A DNA stretch of 64,000 nt from IMG/VR virus record IMGVR_UViG_3300020192_000008, positions 1 through 64,000 of that record. One strand, 5' to 3'. The position numbers and the translations under genes were made by a program. The notes beneath the pieces are model-generated. The model worked only from the letters and a program-made list of their open reading frames with translations, ran no database searches and was not told where the DNA came from. The DNA comes from a virus. Shown here in pieces: positions 59,401 through 64,000 of the stretch (position 1 is the first letter of the stretch; each line of letters opens with the position of its first letter).

Positions 59401-62400
59401 TCAAGACCGGGTCAACCTTGGCCATGGGAACGGAGTTGAGCTCCTTCATCCCGGCGGCCAGGTCCTTCTTCACGTCGACCTTCGAGAGCAGGTGCTGGAT
59501 GGCCCGACCACCGGTGTGGGCTGCGTCCTTGAGCTCGACGATCTTCCCCTGGTGGTTGATGCCCGACTCGCCGTGAACGATGGCGTCGAAGTCCTTCTGG
59601 GTCAGGCCCGTGAGACTGCGGATGGGGGCCTCGAACACTGGGTTCGGCACCGGCTCTGCGAGATCGATGTGGCTCCACTTGATGCCGCCGTGCCCACCGG
59701 TGAGCTTCTCATCAAAGAGACCACCAGGCCTGGGCTTGAGCTCACCGGACTTGTCGACCTTGGCTTCGAGGCGTTCAGCTGGCTTGGGCAGGGCCCTGCC
59801 AGCCGAGAGCTCCATCACATGCTTGTCCGTCAGGGGCGAGAGGATGAGCTCGTGGCCCTTCTTCTCGATGTTCACCCCTGAGCCCTTGAGCATGTCCTCG
59901 AACTTCTTGAAGGCGAAGGTGCTCTTGGGCGTGGGCAGAGGAGCGCCTGTCTGGATGGCGTTCCACACCTGCAGGTGCTGGCTTGGCCACTTCTTGCTCT
60001 CGTTGGTCTGGGGGTCTTCACCCTCCCCCTTCCACGTCTGCATCTCCCGGATGTTCGCCTTCGCCCCGTGGGCAAGCAGGGCGTACATACCGAGTGAACC
60101 GATGCGCTGACCTGAGCCGGGCTGCAGGTTCTGGTCATAGCGGTCACGGTTGGGTTGACCTGGAAGGCCCATGCCCGAAGCCACGGTGACCTTCTTGTCG
60201 ACCTGGTGAACCAGCTTGAGGATGTGCTGGTGACCCGTCATGGCATGCCCCAGTGATTGCCCCGTGACCGGGTCGATGAGCTCCTCGGTGTCGTGCAGGC
60301 CGTGGCTCTTCAGCTCCGCCTGCACCTTCGCCACCATGTCGACGTCCTTCTGAAAGGCCTGAACGACGTAGGGCTTACCCGTCTTGATGGCGATCTTCGA
60401 CGCTGCCGTCTCGAGCAGTTGGCTCACATTCATACGACCAGGCACGCCCGTGGGGTTGAGCGCTACCTCGATGGGCTTGCCATCCTTGCTGTGGGGCATC
60501 TCATGGTCGGGCAGAACCATGGTGACAATGCCCTTGTTGCCGTACCGACCGGCGAGCTTGTCGCCTGACTGCATGGGCTCGTGCGTCTTGACGTGTACCT
60601 GCAGGCCACCCTTGCCATTGGTGACAGAGACAACTTCCCCCTCAACCTCTCCCTCCCAGCGCAGGGACTTGTCGGCATGGCTGCCGGCCAGAGACTTGCG
60701 GATGGCCGAGACACCCGTCCTGTCCTTGAGCTCGAAGGGCTTCATGGCCAGGGCCAGGGGATCTCCAGGGGTGACCTTGGAGCCAACCTTGATGACGCCG
60801 TCGTCACCGAAGTTGACCAGCTGCTCCTTCTTGTAGACCCCGGGGTGTTGGATCTGAAACTTGCGGGTGCTCAGGATGGTGTCGGTGTCGACGGGCACCG
60901 TGTGCTTGTGCAAGTGCATCGAGGCGAGCTTCTTGGAAGCCGTCTCGCTGATGACAACGCCGTCCTCGAAGTTGTACCCCTTGAAGGGGATGAAGGCGAC
61001 GCGCAGGTTTGAGCCAAGCGCGAGAACGCCATCCTTCGAGTAGTTGGTGTCAGCGACTGTCTCGCCCTTCTTCACCTTGTCACCCACCTTCACAAGAGCG
61101 CTCGAGTGGAGCACGCTCTTCGTGTCATTGGTCGGGTAGTGGTTGTAGAGAGGGACGTCGTGCTTGTCGCCGTTCTTGTCCTTGATGACGATGTTGTCAG
61201 CGTGGATTGAATGCACGACACCATCAGCCGTTGCTTGGTGCGAAGCCTGGCTGCCAAGCACGGCCTCGAAGCTCTGAAGGCCTGGCGTGTAGACGCCGGT
61301 GCCCACCTGAACGAGAGGCGCTTCTCGGTTGACGAGGGAGATAGACTGCTCGATGTGGCGGGTGGCCATCGACACGCGGTTGCCCGAGCAGTTGTTCATG
61401 AACGGCACGAGGTTCGATGTCATGTTGAACACCTGGCTCGAGTGCTTCATGACGTAGTGGGCATCCTTGAAGGGGATGGGGCCCATGTCGTTGTCGTCTT
61501 GGGCGGCCTGCACCGTCTTGCTCAGTGGGACCGGCTTGCCGTTCTCCCACTTCACCTGGTCTGCCAGCACCACGCTTGACTTCATGAACAGAGCAGGGGG
61601 GACCAAGTCCATCTTGCCCGTCTTGAGGTTGTACAGGGGGACAACAGGATCGTTACCCAGCTTCCGTACACCGAGAGGCAAGCGCAACGTCACGCCAGTC
61701 TTCGAGCCTTCGGGCGTGTTCACGGGATCGAGAAAGCCGAAGTGGCTCTTGTTGAGCATCTTCGCTTCGTTGGTGACAGCCTGCTCACTCTGGATGCCGC
61801 CCGAACCCATGATGGTAGTCTGCATTGCAGAGCTCATCATCTCGACCGGGTTGATCTGAGAAGCCACACGAGCTGCAGAGTTCTTGTGGAACGACTGCTT
61901 GATCGGCTCGTTGAACATCTCGAGCTTTACGATCTCCCTGATGTCGCTCTTCGAGTTGATGTTCCTCGATGCCTTCATGGCGATGGTTCGACCAGCCGCC
62001 TTGATCTTGTCGTGGGCGAAGTCTCCAGCTGAACGCAGGTCCTTGAAGATGAGGCTGTCCCGGTCATCCTCTGGGTGACCCGCCTGCACCTTGAGCATCT
62101 TCTGCGTCGCCAGGTGCAAGGCCTCACCACTCACGTGATCGATGGGCTTGCCCAGCGTGACGGACGTAGCGTCAGTACGCATCTTCGAGTTCTGCATCGC
62201 CTCGAAGAAGTGCGTCTCAGCAACCTCCTTCGAGATAGGTGCCTCTTTGCGGTCTGACTTGTAGAAGCGCTCGAGCGTACCGGCGGCACCACGGGCATTC
62301 TTGTTGGCCGCGAAGATCTCTTTGCCCCAGCTCTTCTCGAGATCGTCGTCAGAGATGCCCATCGTCTTGATGAGCGGATAGAGCGGCAGTTTGCTCTTGT

Positions 62401-62872
62401 TGTACTCCATGTAGAACTGCTTCGACTTCTCATCGAAGAGCACATCGAATGGAGCCTTGCCCTGAACGTTGAAGCGTGTCTCGAGCTCACCGTTCTGACG
62501 ACGACGCGTGTAGGCACCGGGCTTGAGTTGCCACTGATTGTCGACCTGGTACTCCTGCCCATCCATGATGTAGGAGTAGCGCTGAGTCTGACGGGGGATC
62601 TCCGCGATGCGTACGCGGCGTTGATCCACCACTTTGCCAGTGGCGTTATCAACGAGACGCATGTGCCCGTAGACTGGAGCAGAGAAGCTGCCGCCGTTGA
62701 TCTTCGCCTTGTGTTGGACCCTCAAGTCATCGGGGTGTAGCTCATCCTTTACTTCAAGCTTGTCAAGGTGAAGGGTCTGCACCTTCCCCTTCATAGGGAA
62801 GTTCGTCTGGATGCCTTCCAGCGTTCTATCGCGGAAGTGCTCGAACGCTTCTTGAGGGTCTAGATGAGCCAT
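56492..62872 (-). CDS. rpoBC: fused beta-beta' multisubunit-type DNA-directed RNA polymerase
   Basis: Beta motifs TPEG, GYNFEDG, GDKLAGRYGNKG and GQRIG; beta' motifs LLKRDPALHK, NADFDGD (58664-58684), ICQKC and GERAVQLTMKEFHTGG. Confidence 0.95.
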   Translation of the reverse strand: MAHLDPQEAFEHFRDRTLEGIQTNFPMKGKVQTLHLDKLEVKDELHPDDLRVQHKAKINGGSFSAPVYGHMRLVDNATGKVVDQRRVRIAEIPRQTQRYSYIMDGQEYQVDNQWQLKPGAYTRRRQNGELETRFNVQGKAPFDVLFDEKSKQFYMEYNKSKLPLYPLIKTMGISDDDLEKSWGKEIFAANKNARGAAGTLERFYKSDRKEAPISKEVAETHFFEAMQNSKMRTDATSVTLGKPIDHVSGEALHLATQKMLKVQAGHPEDDRDSLIFKDLRSAGDFAHDKIKAAGRTIAMKASRNINSKSDIREIVKLEMFNEPIKQSFHKNSAARVASQINPVEMMSSAMQTTIMGSGGIQSEQAVTNEAKMLNKSHFGFLDPVNTPEGSKTGVTLRLPLGVRKLGNDPVVPLYNLKTGKMDLVPPALFMKSSVVLADQVKWENGKPVPLSKTVQAAQDDNDMGPIPFKDAHYVMKHSSQVFNMTSNLVPFMNNCSGNRVSMATRHIEQSISLVNREAPLVQVGTGVYTPGLQSFEAVLGSQASHQATADGVVHSIHADNIVIKDKNGDKHDVPLYNHYPTNDTKSVLHSSALVKVGDKVKKGETVADTNYSKDGVLALGSNLRVAFIPFKGYNFEDGVVISETASKKLASMHLHKHTVPVDTDTILSTRKFQIQHPGVYKKEQLVNFGDDGVIKVGSKVTPGDPLALAMKPFELKDRTGVSAIRKSLAGSHADKSLRWEGEVEGEVVSVTNGKGGLQVHVKTHEPMQSGDKLAGRYGNKGIVTMVLPDHEMPHSKDGKPIEVALNPTGVPGRMNVSQLLETAASKIAIKTGKPYVVQAFQKDVDMVAKVQAELKSHGLHDTEELIDPVTGQSLGHAMTGHQHILKLVHQVDKKVTVASGMGLPGQPNRDRYDQNLQPGSGQRIGSLGMYALLAHGAKANIREMQTWKGEGEDPQTNESKKWPSQHLQVWNAIQTGAPLPTPKSTFAFKKFEDMLKGSGVNIEKKGHELILSPLTDKHVMELSAGRALPKPAERLEAKVDKSGELKPRPGGLFDEKLTGGHGGIKWSHIDLAEPVPNPVFEAPIRSLTGLTQKDFDAIVHGESGINHQGKIVELKDAAHTGGRAIQHLLSKVDVKKDLAAGMKELNSVPMAKVDPVLKKVKYLRALDQLGVGASEAYVMTKMPIIPPVLRPASPMADGNIKYADINQLYSEFALVNDKLKDPTLARHLTDEMKKELRQNYYDGVKAVIGIHVPYAQAKHKGLLHQISGASPKNGYFQKSVVQKRQDLTMRSTIVPEPSLGLDEVGLPKDHALDLFRPFIVKKLQEMGAASNPLDAQKLLTKKDHPSVIKALDSVMEERPILLKRDPALHKYNVQGFQAKRVEGNAIKIHPLVCGGFNADFDGDTMSVFVPIHRDAVAEAHRMKPSNNIFMENTGRVAFIPTLDSAIGLYKLSMVGKETSHTFKTPGDILDAVRGGKFHYNDVVSLNGKKTTAGRVLLATTMPLGMQADLLHNLEMRIDKKGLESLLTKLGKDHKDQFDKSVNMLKDVGNHSAFGTVTVPMPNVGVHNINDPKKNIFVPTGMHTLSLADFQTDKIGRDKVLVGAHKEADAVRASRVNKNDKERRIVDIYMKADKEIGDAHKIEADKKMDNLYIMYKAGAKPSWAQYKQMKIAPMLLTDANNRVIPLPVTKSYSEGLDMAGYWTQMHGARRGSVMKVQETQEPGYMSKLLQNNTMDILVTQPDCGTTRGISLHINEKDVHDRLLASDFKAGHVHIKAGELLTPDKVAQIKAADKNAKIVVRSPLRCEHEKGICQKCVGLSSTGHMHNIGDNIGVLSSHTLGERAVQLTMKEFHTGGVAGGASAAVSGFGRFEQLAMLPQKIPNAASLAMVSGKVEKVENTATGVNVWVGKRPHHVGKDQTGMPLHHLLPGQENLLSWAPPKIGDHIEAGQSLSDPHRTVLNPHDLYKATGSIDKVQNHLVSEMYSLYKDEGIKRRHVEVVVKAMSNLTKVVHPGDSEGILRGEFQPLSMVQKMNNDLAKAGKKPIEHTPVLKGVNMMPLELQEDWMAKLQHRNLRDTIAEGAAMRSKSNLHGSHPIPAIAYGAEFGLNKNQSKLPGYKHLENVSEHSY

Positions 62873-62935
62873 CTTTGTGTCTCTGGTGAGGGTACTCCAC
62901 GCGCAAGAGTCGGTGCAAGGTACGCTTTTTCAGCG

Positions 62936-62950
62936 GCATAAGGACTTTGA
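62936..62950 (+). promoter_or_regulatory. ATAAG-N5-TG phage promoter-like motif
   Basis: GCATAAGGACTTTGA, divergent from the RNAP gene. Confidence 0.55.
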
Positions 62951-62987
62951 TTGGGCACTAGCGCTCAGTCTCAAGGAGATGCGAAGC

Positions 62988-63080
62988 ATGAGCGACAAGA
63001 AAGAGCCAACCAAGGGAAAGTCCTTCGAGAAGAAGGTCGAAGAACTCTACGGAAGCGCAGGAGCAAAGAAGAAGACCTGA
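62988..63080 (+). CDS. small basic protein (30 aa)
   Basis: SD AAGGAG; TGATG coupling to the next gene. Confidence 0.5.
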   Translation: MSDKKEPTKGKSFEKKVEELYGSAGAKKKT

Positions 63081-63259
63081 TGTTCGCGGTCTTCCTAACC
63101 GGGGCCATCGCCGGCTTCTTCAACGGCGTGTACCTGTGGGCGACCACGAAACTTCGTTATGCTGATTCACCCATTCCTGCAGAAAGAGAAGCTGAGGGTA
63201 CACCAGGGAACGAGGCTCCTCCAGGAGACTCTGGGCCTGGTCGGCAGGGCCCTGTTTGA
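63080..63259 (+). CDS. small membrane protein
   Basis: MFAVFLTGAIAGFFNGVYLWA hydrophobic segment. Confidence 0.5.
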   Translation: MFAVFLTGAIAGFFNGVYLWATTKLRYADSPIPAEREAEGTPGNEAPPGDSGPGRQGPV

Positions 63260-63752
63260 TCCGCTAGAGAAGTCGAGACTCTGGCAGATAGAAGCCCTGT
63301 TCGCCCCTATCGCCGGCCGTACTTTGGGGGGAGTACGTGCCAAACTAGTTGATGAAAAGAACTTCGTCACCTTCATCAACCAAATGGATCTAGAGGTACT
63401 CCTTGGGCTAGTGAAGCCTGGGATGAAGTGCCACTGGTCTGGCAGATCGTACTCAGGCCCAGGTGACCGGGACTGGTACGGCTTGTGTGTCGACGATGAC
63501 GACCTGATCGACGATCTCTACGGCCGTGAACTCATGCTCAGATCTGAATACAACTATCAGAGGCTGCCTGAGGGTCTAGAGATATACCGCCGAGTACACC
63601 ACGAAGAGAAGGTCGACAAAGAAGAACTCCATCTTCTCATCGGCGATTACGACAGAGAGACAGGCGTCTGCCCCGATCCTCGGATGGAGACCATCGAGAA
63701 CCGGTGGGTTCGGGCAGACAGCACGAGGGTCATATGGGAGGCCATTTTCTAA
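63159..63752 (+). CDS. hypothetical protein
   Basis: 197-aa ORF. Confidence 0.7.
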   Translation: MLIHPFLQKEKLRVHQGTRLLQETLGLVGRALFDPLEKSRLWQIEALFAPIAGRTLGGVRAKLVDEKNFVTFINQMDLEVLLGLVKPGMKCHWSGRSYSGPGDRDWYGLCVDDDDLIDDLYGRELMLRSEYNYQRLPEGLEIYRRVHHEEKVDKEELHLLIGDYDRETGVCPDPRMETIENRWVRADSTRVIWEAIF

Positions 63753-64000
63753 GGCTTCTCCCGGGTGCACAGGACGACGAGGAAGAGACCGTCAGTGACG
63801 CTGAGCCTGAGTTCGACTCAGGCCAGCGTTGCTCTATCTGCGGCGAAGCCCTCCTCCTCACCGAGGAGGTCTTCTGTCTTGAGCTCAGGCAAGCCTGGGT
63901 TGAAGGCGGCGAGCTGCAGACCTTCCCCCTTCTTGACGCCGACGGAGAACCGGAGTTCACCTCGTACATCTTTCACTTCGAGTGCTGGGAGAGCGCTACG
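63734..64000 (+). CDS. zinc-finger protein, 3'-truncated by the window edge
   Basis: Open frame from ATG 63734 with CSIC...HFEC; absent from the ORF track because no stop falls in the window. Confidence 0.65.
   Translation, partial: MGGHFLRLLPGAQDDEEETVSDAEPEFDSGQRCSICGEALLLTEEVFCLELRQAWVEGGELQTFPLLDADGEPEFTSYIFHFECWESAT

Noticed and set aside
56492-62872. Cellular rpoBC locus (host chromosome)
   Set aside because: There are no ribosomal-protein neighbours, the gene is flanked by baseplate, terminase and capsid genes, and it has deletions atypical of cellular enzymes
1-64000. tRNA, release factor, portal, sigma factor, or phage-nucleus (chimallin/PhuZ) genes
   Set aside because: None was recognisable by eye; they may lie outside the window or be too divergent, so the UUA-termination mechanism is not identified here

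Overview
This 64-kb, GC-rich window comes from a large tailed (myovirus-type) phage. The minus strand carries a long late/structural region: a single-polypeptide fused beta-beta' RNA polymerase (2126 aa), a baseplate spike-like protein, an intein-containing GpA-type large terminase, prohead protease, major capsid protein, neck proteins, tail sheath and tube, a -1 frameshifted tail-chaperone-like gene, GroES, a dNMP kinase and a tape-measure-like protein. Short plus-strand transcription units are interleaved, each bounded by a conserved ATAAG-N5-TG promoter-like motif and a hairpin-T-tract-TAGC terminator. The most striking signal is an apparent genetic-code change: TTA (UUA, normally Leu) behaves as a stop codon. 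Ten minus-strand genes have an in-frame TTA exactly where they should end. Three are TTATG stop/start overlaps, three are exact TTA/TAA overlaps with convergent genes, and four lie just before the next gene or terminator. My manual scan found no TTA inside the body of any confidently called gene. Several ORFs in the supplied track are therefore over-extended or fused, and coordinates below use TTA as a stop. All product calls come from motif recognition by eye, not database searches.
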